A stretch of 63,858 bases of DNA, filler included, from Octopus bimaculoides (GCF_001194135.2; 8 parts of 8 records of this genome joined end to end with filler, not necessarily neighbours in it), one strand, 5' to 3'. Positions 1 through 14,572 are shown, numbered from the whole stretch's first letter. Notes: generated by a model not told the origin, from the letters alone. Made by a program: numbers and translations.

Positions 1-195
1 TATATCTTTTATCTTTTACTTGTTTCAGTCATTAGACTGTGGCTATGCTGAGGCACCGCCTTGAAGAACTTTAGTTGAATGAATTGACCCCAGTACTTTT
101 ATATTTTTAAGCCTGATGCTTATTCTATCAAACTTTTTTTTGCCAAACTGTTAAGTTATGGGAACTTAAACACACCAACACTGGTTATCAAGCAG
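1..195 (-). mobile_element. 3' part of the abundant octopus-type tRNA-derived SINE (family A)
   Basis: Reverse complement of the family tail ...cagcatggccgcagtcaaatgactgaaacaagtaaaaga; further copies near 13447, 26141, 31196, 35270, 49797, 61604. Confidence 0.75.
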
Positions 196-993
196 TGAAA
201 ATCTGAACACATCTATTCATTTATCTGACTGCTGTTGTTTTACATCATTGGATAATTGCATGTTTGAACACACATCACCTAAAGGGAAACGGTGTTTTTT
301 GATGACAAAAACAGTGATCACATATTCACAATTGAATCTGCCAAAGCCGACTAAGAATGAATAGATATGTTATTGTTATATATAAAATTATTATCTTTAA
401 AGCATTTGCTTATAATATCAATACTTTAAATTTGCACTATTTCTAATATTGCTCATAAGATTGTTAATTTGAATATGTGTGTACAAATTAAAATTCTTAT
501 CCAGAGTAAAATGCAGTTTTCAATACAAATAATGGAATTAACTTGCTAGAGATGTTAAATGGAACAGATTAAAATCAACATTTGGAAAATTGATATTAAA
601 TTTGTATAACAATTTATAAAAAAATTAAACAAAACTGTTGTTCTAATTGACTCTTTCTAAAATGATCTGAAACCAGACATTATTTTGTTGTTGGTTTTTT
701 CAAAAATTCGAACTTCTTCAATTTTAATGATAATTATAAAAGTTAGATCATTTTGCTTGTTAATATTATTCTTTTCATTTTTGAGAAAACACTATAATCA
801 TATGAACCCTATAAATATATTTCAACAAATATTCAGAAACTAGAATATTCTTGCCTTCGCATTACAAAATGAAAATATCAGAAATCAGAAAAGAATTGAA
901 GAAATATTCTTATAAGTTCTGTTAGTGTCCACATGCTGAAAATTATGATTAACTGGAACAATTCGTGATCCATGATTAATAATGATTGCTTAC

Positions 994-1029
994 CAGTTGA
1001 AAGTACTTTTGTGGGTGTTGTAGGAGCAG
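994..1029 (-). CDS. Internal microexon (36 nt, phase 1-1) of a Pro/Thr-rich mucin-like gene; encodes (A)APTTPTKVLST
   Basis: Minus strand reads ttttgttttgacag|CTGCTCCTACAACACCCACAAAAGTACTTTCAACTG|gtaagc: strong acceptor and donor, length 3n, open in phase 1, same P/T/S composition as the other three exons. Confidence 0.65.
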
Positions 1030-2823
1030 CTGTCAAAACAAAAATCACTACTAATAAACAAAATATCTAAATATTTCAATTTCATGACTTCTATCATGAA
1101 ATAATTGCTTTTGATTAATTTAACAAAGATTGATTCCAAGAGTGGTACTGTTTTATCACCTTGATGGAACAAGAAGTGATAATGAAATTAGAGTAATTTG
1201 AACTCAGAAAAGATAGGTAGTAAAATAACTTCTATAACGTCTGCTTCTTTCAACTATTTTATTTGCAACTACAATTCACAGCAGTTTTCTACTCAACAAA
1301 TACTTAGCAGTATTAAATACATAGCAAAAGAGTATCACAATAGGTAAAATTAGATAAATATCATCAGAAATTGAAAATATATTTAGCTTCAATCATTATA
1401 ATGAACTTCAAAATCTAATAACAACTGACAAAGTTGTAATTATGACTGAGAGGTAAGTTGTATCAGTTAAAACACATTAACATAAACAGTAAAATTAGTA
1501 CACAATATCACTAGTATACCTTATCATTCTACACCTAAATAAATAAAAATTCTTCTATTATTGACTGAAATGAAGGAGAGACTTCAGAATATACACCATA
1601 TTATTCCATAAAATTTATTTATATATATATATATATAATGTATGAAGTAAAGTAAATGGAATGATAGACCATTGTTGCATATGTAAACAAAGCTGATGAT
1701 GATGATAATAATAATAATGGTTTCTTACACATTCTCTAGACAAATACTATGTACAAAACCAAATATATGGCACCCTAGGCATAACACCAACACAAACTTC
1801 TAACTTGTTGTCTCTTGAGGTCTCTGGGTGAGACTTGGAGCCAACTTATACAAATGCAAAGCAAAAGTCAAACATAAAATAATAATAACAATAATAATAA
1901 TAACAACAATAATAATAATAATAATAATGTAAAAACTGTACAAATACATATAAACTGGTTTACAGCAAGAATGCCACTGAGAATAAACAATCATTACTGT
2001 TTAAGAAAAGCATGGAAATTAATAATATCCAACAGAAATCTGAAAGAAATGAAATATTACAACTTTTACAAAATATTTCTTTAACAAGTGCACATATATA
2101 ATTCTGTTATATATTTGTTTTATTTGTCATAAATGAACCAAATTTATTTAAATATATTTTCTGTACACAACACCTTTCATAATTGATAGAGACATGTATT
2201 ATTGTCTTCCAAGTACATTCCTCTCATGAAATATTTAAGAGGAAAAGTATGTGCAGATAGTTATAGGTGAATATTAAAGAAACATTATTTGGATCTATGA
2301 TCACATACTAATTCTTCTCTAATATCTTAATTGTTTCAAATAGATGTGTATACAATTTTTATAAAGGATATTCAAAATTAACATCAAAGAAATATTGGAC
2401 AATGCCGAACTGTGAAATGATCATTATATGGCACACTTTTAAAAATAATCATGTCAAGAAATAAATTTAAAGTTGTTTAGAGTGATGGTCATTTAAAAAA
2501 AGAGCCTTCAATTTCTTTTCAATTTAATCATATAGAAGATCTCTGTAAGATAAAAATTACTTAACTAGTGTCTCATCATTTAGTTTATAAGAGGAGGTTT
2601 ACAGACAGACAGGTTATATATGCTTGCATGCATTGAATAGAACTTATTGTAGCAAATTTTTTATGGTCAGATACACTTTCTGTTGCCAACCTTCACCCAC
2701 TTCCAAGTAAGATAATATTTCCCCATCATTTCATGTTAACATAGAGTGGTGAATAAATCGATATATCGAATTTGAAGTCTCTGTCTCTTTTGAATATGAA
2801 AATTTAAAAGTTTAAAAACCTTA

Positions 2824-2864
<41 letters not shown>

Positions 2865-2900
2865 CTGTCTGTCAGTAAACCATGCATATATATGTATTTA

Positions 2901-2941
<41 letters not shown>

Positions 2942-2942
2942 C

Positions 2943-3246
2943 TGGCACTCCATTGGTTACAACAATGAGGGTTCCAGCTGATCTGATCAACAGAACAGCC
3001 TACTCATGAAATTAATGTGCAAGTGGTTGAGCACTCCACGGACACATGTATCCTTAACATGGTTCTCAAGGAGATTCAGCACGACAAAGCTGGCCCCTTG
3101 AAATTCACATACTACTCATTTTTGTGGGTGGACTGGAGCTATGTGAAATAAAGTATCTTGCTCAAGGACACAGCACATTGCCAGGAATAGAACTCACGAC
3201 CTCATGATCATGAGCCAAATACCCTAACCACCAAGCCACATGCCTT
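2943..3246 (-). mobile_element. tRNA-derived SINE (family B), near full length
   Basis: Reverse-complement match to the plus-strand copy at 39567-39885 (tRNA-like head, ccttgagcaag core, aaaatgagtagta, gaatctcc). Confidence 0.75.
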
Positions 3247-3776
3247 ATATATCATCATCTTTTTAATGTCCACTTTTCCATGCTTGCATGCATTGAATAG
3301 AACTTATTGTAGCAAATTTTTTATGGTCAGATACACTTTCTGTTGCCAACCTTCACCCACTTCCAAGTAAGATAATATTTCCCCATCATTTCATGGAAGA
3401 TTGGAAACAAAAAAACATCATTGTTATGATGGTAGTGCTCAGTTCTAACAATCATGATTACATAAAATTAAATATTAGACCAAAATACAGAATAATGATG
3501 CAAAATGAATTGAAAGAAACTCAAAAGATTTTTATATACATATTTACAATTTAACAAACATGCTAATAACAACTGATCCAGATAAAAATTAGGGTTACAA
3601 GAATATGAATTCAATCCCAAAGTTAAAAATGGATTCAGTTATTGGACAAGCAGGAGAAACAATTAGTATTGATACAAATTATGAACTGACCCATAAACAT
3701 CAAAAGGAGAGCAAATAAATCTGTTTATCTGCAATTCTCATTGACAAAATTTCATAATATTTATATCATATCATAA

Positions 3777-3809
<33 letters not shown>

Positions 3810-4116
3810 GAAAAAATTTCTACTTTTTATCAGAGGGAGGGAAAATAACAGACAATGTTAGAAAATATGACAGTCATTCAAATTACAATGAAAGATGCAG
3901 TTAAAATATCTATAGAAGAAATTATGCATGAATGATGAATTACTGGATGTACAAGTGCATTTATTTTATGTATGAGCATTACATATATATATATAAAATG
4001 CACATATAATGCACATATGTGTGTATATAAATATATATATATGATATACATATATAAAATATACAAATATAAGTGTAGAAAAGCAATTGGTCCTTTAAGA
4101 TAGAGAAGATGTTAAC

Positions 4117-4166
<50 letters not shown>

Positions 4167-5587
4167 CATGGGCATGTGCATCTCACATTCTCTCTTTGCA
4201 TGAAATGCTTTGAGCAAAAGCAGAAATACATTGAAAATACACTCAATAAATCATATCTCATTCAATGTTTTTGAAGCAAATCAAATAAAAATCCCTTAGT
4301 GACACGAAAATGCTTCAACAATATGTCAGCAGCCATATATACTTCATATTATAATATTAATATTGTATGATGGTATTCATTTGTAAGGTTTACATTTATA
4401 TATATATATACGTGTTCCTATATTTTATTGTTCTTTAACATATGCATTATGGAATAAATATGTCGATATATTTTGTCTGTTTGAGCCATATGTATGAATA
4501 TACATATGCATATTTGCTTACATATGTTTGTATATCTATACCTATGATTATATGCATGTAGTGATATGCTTAGCATGTGCATGTCTACATAGTTTATCTC
4601 TCTCTTTTTACTTTCTGTATGTGAACTAGTGTATTCGTGTGTGTATACATGCAAGTAACGTACCATGGTATCCTTATTTTGTCCTTATCTTTTATTGACT
4701 TTTCCCCTTCAGTACACCAAATTTCCATCTTTGATGGCATATGTACATTAATGAGATTATAAACTACTGTAGACACTACAGCAATTTGAGCATGCTGATA
4801 ATGAAATGAAACTGCACCTTATATATATCACTAAGGTAACTGGTGAGAAAGGCATACCATTGGTTCTTTATCAATTCAAATCTCCACTTCCACATTTATT
4901 GTTCCCCCCCGCCACTAGCCTGGTTGTCTTTGATTTCTTCTCTACAGCAGACAATCTTCCACAACAAAGTTGTGTGTACCCAATAGCCATAATGTTACAT
5001 AAGATACATCCAATGAGCTTTTGAAACAACTATAGTATTCAAGAACCTCTTGCCTCTTTTATTTACAGATTTTTCACATAATATGCAATGTTTGTTACCT
5101 TCTAAATGGAATTATATAGCACCTGTCATCTAATTACAATTTTCTGTCTACTCTCAATATGAAATGAAATGTATTTGAAGCATTGATGAATAAGTTTTCT
5201 TGAACAATTATTGAGTCATGTATTTTCTTGACAAGAGACTAGCAAATGATGCATTACCAAATACTATCATCATTGTATGTGATATATATATATGTACATA
5301 TAAGTATACATACACATACAAAATACATATATATATATGTATATACATGTAGACACACACACACACATATATATATACACACATAAACATACATACATAT
5401 ATAGACATATATATATATACACACACACATGAATATACATACATATATATACACATACACATTCATACTTATAAATACGTATCTAAATAAATATATACAT
5501 ATATATGTATACATCTATATACAAATATCTATACACATACACACATATAATTTATACCTACATAAATATATCTATACATATATATAT

Positions 5588-5634
<47 letters not shown>

Positions 5635-6065
5635 NNNNNNNNNNNNNNNNNNNNNNNNNNNNNNNNNNNNNNNNNNNNNNNNNNNNNNNNNNNNNNNNNN
5701 NNNNNNNNNNNNNNNNNNNNNNNNNNNNNNNNNNNNNNNNNNNNNNNNNNNNNNNNNNNNNNNNNNNNNNNNNNNNNNNNNNNNNNNNNNNNNNNNNNNN
5801 NNNNNNNNNNNNNNNNNNNNNNNNNNNNNNNNNNNNNNNNNNNNNNNNNNNNNNNNNNNNNNNNNNNNNNNNNNNNNNNNNNNNNNNNNNNNNNNNNNNN
5901 NNNNNNNNNNNNNNNNNNNNNNNNNNNNNNNNNNNNNNNNNNNNNNNNNNNNNNNNNNNNNNNNNNNNNNNNNNNNNNNNNNNNNNNNNNNNNNNNNNNN
6001 NNNNNNNNNNNNNNNNNNNNNNNNNNNNNNNNNNNNNNNNNNNNNNNNNNNNNNNNNNNNNNNNN

Positions 6066-6105
<40 letters not shown>

Positions 6106-6439
6106 AGGAAGGCAGACAAATCACAAATCTCTTCAGGTAGATGGCCATGCTCAATCTGTAGAAAAGATGTAGGTAGACACTCCATAAAATGCAACCAGTG
6201 TAAGCTTTAAACATATGAAAGGTGCAGCAAAATCAAGGGAAGGTTAACAGGGAAAATAGCTTTTGTGTGCAGAAGATGCACAGGTACAATGAATGATGAA
6301 AATAGGTAGAAAATAAACTCCATCAAAATTATCTATAATCGTAAAAATTAAAAGTAATCCAAATTCAATGTTTCCTTGAAACAATAAATTTCTATAGAAA
6401 TCAGGATTTAAATTCCAATCTATTAGACTCATTTTCCCA

Positions 6440-7790
6440 GAGGAGGTGACAGTAATATCACTCCGACAGTAATATCACTATGCAGGAGTGTAAAACAAGC
6501 ATCGTGTTTGAATTTCCCTCACTCTTTTTGCTATATATGTGAGTGTTTTACAGTACCAAGTCAAAGAATGAATGTTAGTGACATTGTGAAAAGATCCTAC
6601 TTGGCTTAAAGATTAAACTGGGTAATCAGGATAAATAGTGGGTCCTGAACAATGTATGTGAACCCTGTGTCAAAAATCTATGCCAATGGACAAAGGGCAC
6701 AAGAAAACAACTAACATTTGACATTCTTATGATATGGTAAGAGCCTTGTAAATGCTTGCTACTTTTGTCTCACAAAGACTTCTTGTTATAGGAAGAGAAC
6801 ATGACAGAAAGTAAGTTACCCAAATCTGGATTCAGCAATTCATCCAGTGCTTCACTCAGATGAAATACCAGTACTCGTTTTCAAGGATCTACCTTCACTG
6901 CAAGGTGAAAGTCATGTATGTGAAGTAGATATAAATCATGAACATGACAGTGATATAGACGTTGTAGAAACATCAACCAAAGAATATGAAAACTTCAACC
7001 AGGCAGAACTTAATGATTTAGAGATCTAGGACTGACAAAAGAGTTATCAGAACTGTTAGCTTCTAGGCTTAAAGAGAAGAATTTGTTGCAGAAAGAAACA
7101 AATGTGACTTTTTATCAGAACAAAGAAGATCTCTTGGCATTCTTTACAACTGGAAAAGGTTTTGTTTACTGTTGTGACATGGTGGGATTGTTAAACATGA
7201 TGGGTGTTGAACAGAATGATCCTAGTGAATGGTGACTCTTTGTAGAGAGTTCAAAGAAGAGTCTAAAATGTGTATTACTCTATAATGGAAACTTGTTTGA
7301 TGCGCTTCCTATTGGTCAGTCTGTGCACTTAAAAGAGAATTATGATTGCATAAAAAGTTTTGTTAGATTTACTTAAGTATGATGAATACAAATGGGTCAT
7401 ACGTGTGGATCTAAAAATGGTCAACTTTTTATTACGCCAACAAGGAAGGTATACAAAATATCCGTGTTTCCTGTGTTTATGAGATAGCCAAGCAAGAGAC
7501 AAACGTTGGGAACAGAAACTCTGACCAGTTAGGAAAAGTTTGACTGTTGGAGAGAATATCATACACCAACCACTTGTTGAGCAAGAGAAAATCATCTTTC
7601 CACACCTTCATATTAAACTAGGACTAATGAAGTAATTTGTCAAAGCTCTTAATGTGGAAGGTAACCGTTTCAAATTCATATGTACAACATTCCATGGCCT
7701 AAGTTATAATAACATAATGGCTGGTGTTTTTGATGGGCCACAAATCAGAAAGTTAATTTAATACCAGCAATCCATAAAGACGTGAAATAA
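6440..7790 (+). mobile_element. Decayed DNA transposon transposase, CMC/Chapaev3-like
   Basis: Broken frames give KIKLGNQDK*W...VCEPCVKNLCQWTKG, FNQAELNDL..LGLTKELSELLASRLKEKNLL, SSKKSLKCVLLYNGN, VDLKMVNFLL.QQG.YTKYPCFLC and LHIKLGLMK*FVKAL...GVFDGPQIRKL; stops and frameshifts throughout. Superfamily label is from memory of these motifs. Confidence 0.7.
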
Positions 7791-8699
7791 ATACTTTTAT
7801 TTAGAAAAGCCTACAGCTTTTATATACATATTTTGTACATAAAATTCTATAATACTCACTGTACCATGATGTAATAATGAATGATTAATGAGAGAGAGAA
7901 AGAGCACTAAAATATGAGTGTTACTTAACATATAAGTAGTAATTAAGGAAATACAAGGCAGCATCCATCATTGAATAAATATATTTTGCTTATTATATAA
8001 TGTAGTGTTAGAGGAAACTGTGTAGCTTTGATAAAGAATGGATGATGCCATAGATTTTAAAGCCAATAAAGTAAAAATACTGCATGATTGAGAAAGCCAC
8101 AATGAATGGAATAAAATAGAGAAAGCCAGAAGGAAGTAAATGGAAAATAAAACAGAACAGAATTAAGAATCATTTTGGAGTTTGAATGCTTTAAGAAATA
8201 ATGAAAGGAAATGTTGAAAATTTCATACATATACCTAGACCTGTACATACATATAAACACACACACACACACACACACAATACCTTTTTATTATTGTTTT
8301 TAGTCAGATCACCAAAATAAACAATTACTAATTTTTGTTGCAGCCGTAGGAGAGATGCAGCTAATTATATTGATCCTTGTACTTCACTGGTATTTATTTT
8401 ATTGTCCACAGAATAAAGAAAGACAAAGTCAATACATAATGTTATTAACTGAGTTATTGTGATACTAGGCTGTTATTTCAAAAATAGTCAAAATTCTGAA
8501 CAGTTTGTTACACATTTGTTACTTGTAGGCTTTATGTCACTTTCTTGTTCATAATTATTTTTCTAGTCATCTCCAAAGAAAATTTTACTGTTCTCCAGCC
8601 CATGCAGTTTTGGAATTGATATTGTTTGTCAGCTGACTATGAAAAATTTAAGGTTTAATTACACTGAAACATACGTACTGTCATGGTGAATGTGGATCA

Positions 8700-9380
8700 T
8701 TTTCAGATTCTTGTTTGTTCTCTTTCTTCTAATAATTTCTCTAAGCTTTTTGAGTATCTCAATGCATCCACTCACTGTTTAGGCTACAGCCACATTCCAA
8801 AAATCAAGGACATTTTTGTTGTCCCCCTCAAACTGTCAGCATGACTTTCTGTGCAGTTTGCCAGCTCTTCAACTTCTAAAACATTGCAGAAGAAATTGGG
8901 ATGCCATTCTATGGAGTGACCCTTCATTTCTCAATCATAAAGATACACCCACATCCCATCCTCCATCACCAGATCAGAAAAACAAGTCTTCATAGCTTCA
9001 AATACTTCCAGCAGATTAGAGCAGATTTCCATCTTTCTCTATGACAAATTAGGTATCAAGTTCTGTGGAACCAACTTTGTACACACCTTATGATATTCCA
9101 CCTCCTCTATTGTCTTCTGTAATACATTGACCAAAGTCTAGTTCATTGTGCAGCTAGTTCATGGATGTGTCTGCATGAATGAATTTATCTACTCACTGGT
9201 AATTAAGGTTACTGCATTGCATTTTGGCAATGTTGGAGTCTCTTTCTTTAAATTTCTTCATTTCTTTATGCCCATTGCTCTTATCAATGATGTTATCTCA
9301 ATAAACAACCTGCACCTTTCCTCTTCTAGAACTCAATTACAGTACATTGCTTTGGTTTGTAATCCCCTTTTTTACCTACC
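8700..9380 (-). mobile_element. Decayed Tc1/mariner transposase fragment
   Basis: Minus strand YHKVCTKLVPQNL (mariner WVP motif) and DGMWVYLYD*EMKGHSIEWH (TGDETW motif region). Confidence 0.7.
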
Positions 9381-9528
9381 ATGAGGACTGAGAAGAAGAC
9401 TTACAAAAGAGGAAAAACACTCTAACATGTAAAGTTTGAATGCCCTATGTTAGTCAATAGAAAAGTTATGTCCACTTTCGTATTAATTTCAGTACAACCC
9501 TTGTGTGTGTATATATATATATATATAG

Positions 9529-9568
<40 letters not shown>

Positions 9569-10152
9569 ATACATATGAGACATATAACATGTTGTGTATG
9601 TACACACACACATTCATGAGCTGTAAGGAAAATGCACAGCTAACAGAGATAACAGACATCCCCATTTCATAAAAAAGGAAGAAAGAAAAAAGAAAAACGA
9701 CTTGCCTTTTGCTTTTCATGACAACAATAAAATATGTACCAGATGAAGGACTGGGGTTGATACAATCAACTTGAATCACCCTAAAAATATTTACTTGAGC
9801 ATAGTCACAGTCTACTGACTGAAACCAATAAAACAGGTAATAAATAAAACAGCTTCTGCATAGGACTGAAGAAGTATCTAATTACCATGTATTTAACATA
9901 AAAAAATCCAACTAAAAAAACGAAACAAAAGCACTAAGTCACCGTAACCTATCAGCTCCACATGTAGTCACTTTATAATTTTATATTCAACCTGTCTACA
10001 CAAATTGTTTATTTTGGTTTTGCTGAATAAACAACTAAACATCAGTAACTTATTCTCACTTAACAGTTACATATGCATCAATTTTCAGGAAAATTATTTT
10101 ATGCTAGCATGCTCAATCATTTTAGTTCAAAGATTTGAATAGAATATCTTAC

Positions 10153-10236
10153 CAGTAGTTTCTGTTGAAACACTAATGGTTGGGAAAAAGGGAGGAGGTG
10201 GAGGAGGGGATATTATAATAGGAGGAGGAGGTATAG
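10153..10236 (-). CDS. Internal exon (84 nt, phase 1-1) of the same mucin-like gene; encodes (A)IPPPPIIISPPPPPPFFPTISVSTETT
   Basis: tattcttgtccacag|CTATACCT...GAAACTACTG|gtaagatattct; GC-richer island in AT-rich intron; 3n length; open in phase 1. Confidence 0.8.
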
Positions 10237-11782
10237 CTGTGGACAAGAATATAGATAAACTTTTAATGGCTGGGTTTTTAGAATAATGTATATGTAAATT
10301 CACTTCCTATTTCACTGAAGTTGAATATTCATATTTTAGGCAAATCAGTTTTCTCTGAATGACTAATTAAATATTAAATTCATTTCAAGTGTATGTTTAA
10401 AAACAAAAGCAAACAAAAAAATTACTTTAGAAAATTTATGACTATTTGGGAAGATTAAACTAAATGGTAATCTTTCAAACATAGCAAGCACAAACTTTAA
10501 ACCTAATGTTCAATGACAAATTATATACTATTCTGATTCAACAGTTAATATGATAACAACCTCAAGAGTGTTCAGTTTCATTGTACATATTACGATACTG
10601 CACAGTGGCTCCCTTAATACTCTTCTTATTTACAAACAGTATTTTTAATATTTATTTTGAAGAGTTTTTTTCCTATATCTGCCTTGTCCAATTATTGATT
10701 GAGTGAAACCAATAAAAAGATAATGTAACTTAATATGTCTCTTATACCAAAAGAAAAAAAAAAAAAAATCTGAAAATTTTCAATATTGTTATATTTAGAA
10801 ATAAAATGTTACATTCATCACATTTTAATAATTAATTTTAATTTCTCAGATATTGCCATAAATGCATTTGACAGTTGTATATAAATGCATCAAACTATTG
10901 TATATAAATCCAGAGAAAGCAAGACTAAGTTAATAAGAGAACATCATAAACAGCTTAAGTGTTTGTCCAGATAGCAGCTTTGATCCTCTATAAAGGAAAA
11001 ACAACATAAAGCTAAATATTGTAAAACAACTTTAGCTTCATTTGTTAGCTTGCCTAATTCCACATACGAAAAACTACTTACAATAAAGTAACATCCTATT
11101 TAAGGATAAAACCAGAGCTGGTTATAATATGGAAGCATATGACAAGGCAGACTGAAGACGTCACAGAAAGAAAACAGATGTTTACAATGATTTATCATTA
11201 ACAACACTAAATAACAATTAAATGACAGACAAAAACAATCAAATTTCATCAAAACAAGATACAAATTAAATGTCAATAAACATANNNNNNNNNNNNNNNN
11301 NNNNNNNNNNNNNNNNNNNNNNNNNNNNNNNNNNNNNNNNNNNNNNNNNNNNNNNNNNNNNNNNNNNNNNNNNNNNNNNNNNNNNNNNNNNNNNNNNNNN
11401 NNNNNNNNNNNNNNNNNNNNNNNNNNNNNNNNNNNNNNNNNNNNNNNNNNNNNNNNNNNNNNNNNNNNNNNNNNNNNNNNNNNNNNNNNNNNNNNNNNNN
11501 NNNNNNNNNNNNNNNNNNNNNNNNNNNNNNNNNNNNNNNNNNNNNNNNNNNNNNNNNNNNNNNNNNNNNNNNNNNNNNNNNNNNNNNNNNNNNNNNNNNN
11601 NNNNNNNNNNNNNNNNNNNNNNNNNNNNNNNNNNNNNNNNNNNNNNNNNNNNNNNNNNNNNNNNNNNNNNNNNNNNNNNNNNNNNNNNNNNNNNNNNNNN
11701 NNNNNNNNNNNNNNNNNNNNTATATATACATATATATATATAGATACATAAATATATAATATATACATATATATATACATAA

Positions 11783-11819
<37 letters not shown>

Positions 11820-12028
11820 TACACAAATATATATATATAAATATATATATACACAAATATATATATAAATATATATATATATACATATATACATATATAT
11901 ATATACATACATATATATAATATATACATATATATACATACATATATATATAATATATACATATATATATACATATATATATATACATACATATATACAC
12001 ACATATATACACATACACACACACACAG

Positions 12029-12082
<54 letters not shown>

Positions 12083-13018
12083 TGGATATATATATGTTTA
12101 CAGTCACACATGGATGTATATATATCTTTACATACACATATATACAAACACACACACTTAACATCATTAATAACAGTTTGAAACAAACAAAAACAATCTT
12201 AATTTATCAAAGCAAGCGAAAAATTAGATGTAAACAGACAGTCCAGCAGAACAAGAGTTGGGTATAGCTTGAGTGAGTAATAAAGAGACAAAAAGTTCAC
12301 AGTGATTACGAGTGTCATGGCTTCATTTTTATAAGACACTGCATGCTACAAGATGAGAATAGACCTTTGTAGCAGTTGTGTGGATTTGGTAGCTGGTTGA
12401 CCTTGAATGCATGTGGTGCTAATGAGCATATGTAATGAAGCAATAACTGTGTGCTGCAGGTGAGCAAAGGTATTATCAACCAGACATCATGCAAGTCGAT
12501 GATATTGTTGCTTATTTGCCGTGCATAGTTGTTGTCACACTCCTTTCACACTTTTGAAAACTTAGCGACCCATCCTTTCCAATCCTCTATCTCTATTCTC
12601 TCATTTACATTCACCCTGTATCTTGAGAGTATGGACTCTCTATCTCTTTCTCTTTTTCCAAATGAAAAAGCCGTGTACCTTCAGCAAAATCCCCATTTAT
12701 GTCTCTGTATCAACACCTGGCATGAAGCCAGCTATCTCAACACTACACCTCAACTCGGTTAAGGGGTCTTATCAAATGACGTACTTGATGCCATAAAAAA
12801 AGCATCAAGTACAGTCTCTAAAGTGGTAGGCGTGAGGAAGGGCATCCAGCCATATAAAGCATGCCAAGGCAAATAGAACTTGCTGCAGTTATCTGGTTTG
12901 TCAGTCCCTGTTGAACCACTCATCTTGGGCCAGCTTATGTGGTTTGATCAATAAGTATCCAGACTGTCGCCATAGTAATGAAGCTAAAGCATGCAGAGTG
13001 AAGCTGCTTGGCACCTTG

Positions 13019-13278
13019 AACAATGCACTATAATACAAAAAATAGACTATATACCTGTTGTAATTTAGTTATCCATAGTCCGATGATATTTTGGAATTCA
13101 ATTCCTTCTTCAGATATTCTTAGATGGAGTCGATGCTATAATCTTGGAAAACAGATTATAGCAGCGACTCCATCTAAGAATATCTGAAGAAGGAATTGTA
13201 CTCCGAAATATCATCGGACTATGGATAACTAAATTACAACAGGTATATAGTCCATTTTTTGTATTATAGTGCATTGTT
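13019..13278. repeat. 260-bp foldback palindrome (126-bp arms, about 5 mismatches, 8-nt loop)
   Basis: 13019-13144 is the reverse complement of 13153-13278; loop tggaaaac. Confidence 0.95.
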
Positions 13279-13372
13279 GTACCATTCAAAACTTTTTATT
13301 CTTTACAAACAATACACAATGCTTCAAGCGAACTACAATACTTTCCTATATATATGTGTGTGTGTGTGTGAG

Positions 13373-13444
<72 letters not shown>

Positions 13445-14394
13445 CTTTTTTTTTACTTGTTTCAGTCATTTGACTGTGGCCATGCTGGAGCACTACCTTT
13501 AGTCGAGCAAATCGACCCCCACGACTTATTCTTTGTAAGCCTAGTACTTATTCTATCAGTCTCTTTTGCCAAACCGCTAATTATGGTGACATACAAAGAC
13601 CAGCATGAGAAGATCTGAAATAAACTTGTCTGCTCTCACAAATGAGGATACTAAAAATGAACCTGATTACTCTCAAAGATTAATTTTTAAAAAATGGAAA
13701 AATAATCCAGAATCCTTGTCTGGTACCTCATTGATCCCAATAGTAGTCATGGAATGCGAAGGTGGATGTGCTGGCTGTGTTTATAATGCTGTATGTGTCA
13801 TCTGCAGTGGGAACAGGGGCAGTTTTCTTTATGAAGGCCTTTTTTAGTTGATCCACTGACATAGTGTCTTTACAACCATTAAGGTCTATGGTAAAAAATT
13901 TATCCATGCGTGAAAGAAAATGGGAAGGACCTGCATACGGTGCTGTTAAGGGAGGTTTAACAACATCATTGTGCACAAAAATGTGAATCCAAGAAGTAAA
14001 GCTTCCTTCAAGGTGGAGCTAGAAATGCAATTGCCAAGTAGGTAAGAGGTTTTATACAGGAGCAATATATTCAAAATTGGTAAAACTAAAAGTTGTTGAG
14101 GATAAATTAAATTTATTATTGTTGCTGAATATGTTAGTGTTATTTAATCTCTCAACAGTTTTGCTGCTGTTTGTTTATGTAGTTTGATTTCTTTATTCAT
14201 CAGTTTCTACTAAGATAGAGATACAAGTAAAATTAATAATAGAGAAATGAAGATAAAACTTCGGAAACAACAACACCACCATAATTTACATGGAAACCAT
14301 AAGCATGCTTTCAAGGGAGATAATCAGAGAAAGACTTGAAACTGAACATAAGATCATGATACTTCATGTAAAGTAAAGTAAATATAACAAGTAA

Positions 14395-14572
14395 TCCAGA
14401 ATCCTTGTCCAGTACCAGATCGATCCCAAAATCCTATCAGCTCATGCCAGTCACGATACCAAACATCCCTGAAAATTTCATTCGAATTCATCCAGTGGTT
14501 CTTGAGATATCTAGTCCATGGACAAACACGATTGAAAACAATACCTCCACCTTCACTAAGGCGGAGGTAACT
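14395..14572 (+). mobile_element. Non-autonomous Helentron/Helitron-like element (HINE type)
   Basis: aatccagaatccttgtc..gtacc..gatcgatccc start (also at about 13705); gaaaatttcat..aat.catcc..tggttcttgagatat core; 3' hairpin acctccaccttcactaaggcggaggt. Confidence 0.5.

Noticed and set aside
279-350. 72-nt minus-strand segment open in phase 1 between AG and GT
   Set aside because: Weak GTGATG donor and no compositional or homology support.
1805-1844. Possible extra minus-strand exon LAPSLTQRPQETT
   Set aside because: Composition fits, but the acceptor is AAG, length is 40 nt and phase 0-1 is incompatible with the phase-1 neighbours; unresolved without RNA-seq.
5208-6214. Long ORFs of YI/HT/CV repeats or X runs (also 11100-12186, 26513-27450, 40053-40955, 58841-59057 and others)
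   Set aside because: Translations of (TA)n, (CA)n and (TACA)n microsatellites and of N-gaps.
9739-9780. Possible minus-strand exon VIQVDCINPSPSS
   Set aside because: About 41 nt with a weak GTACAT donor; the phase-1 reading gives an immediate stop.
13728-13976. 82-aa ORF ending AFHDYYWDQ
   Set aside because: Overlaps a Helentron-like repeat start and has no recognisable domain; treated as repeat-derived.
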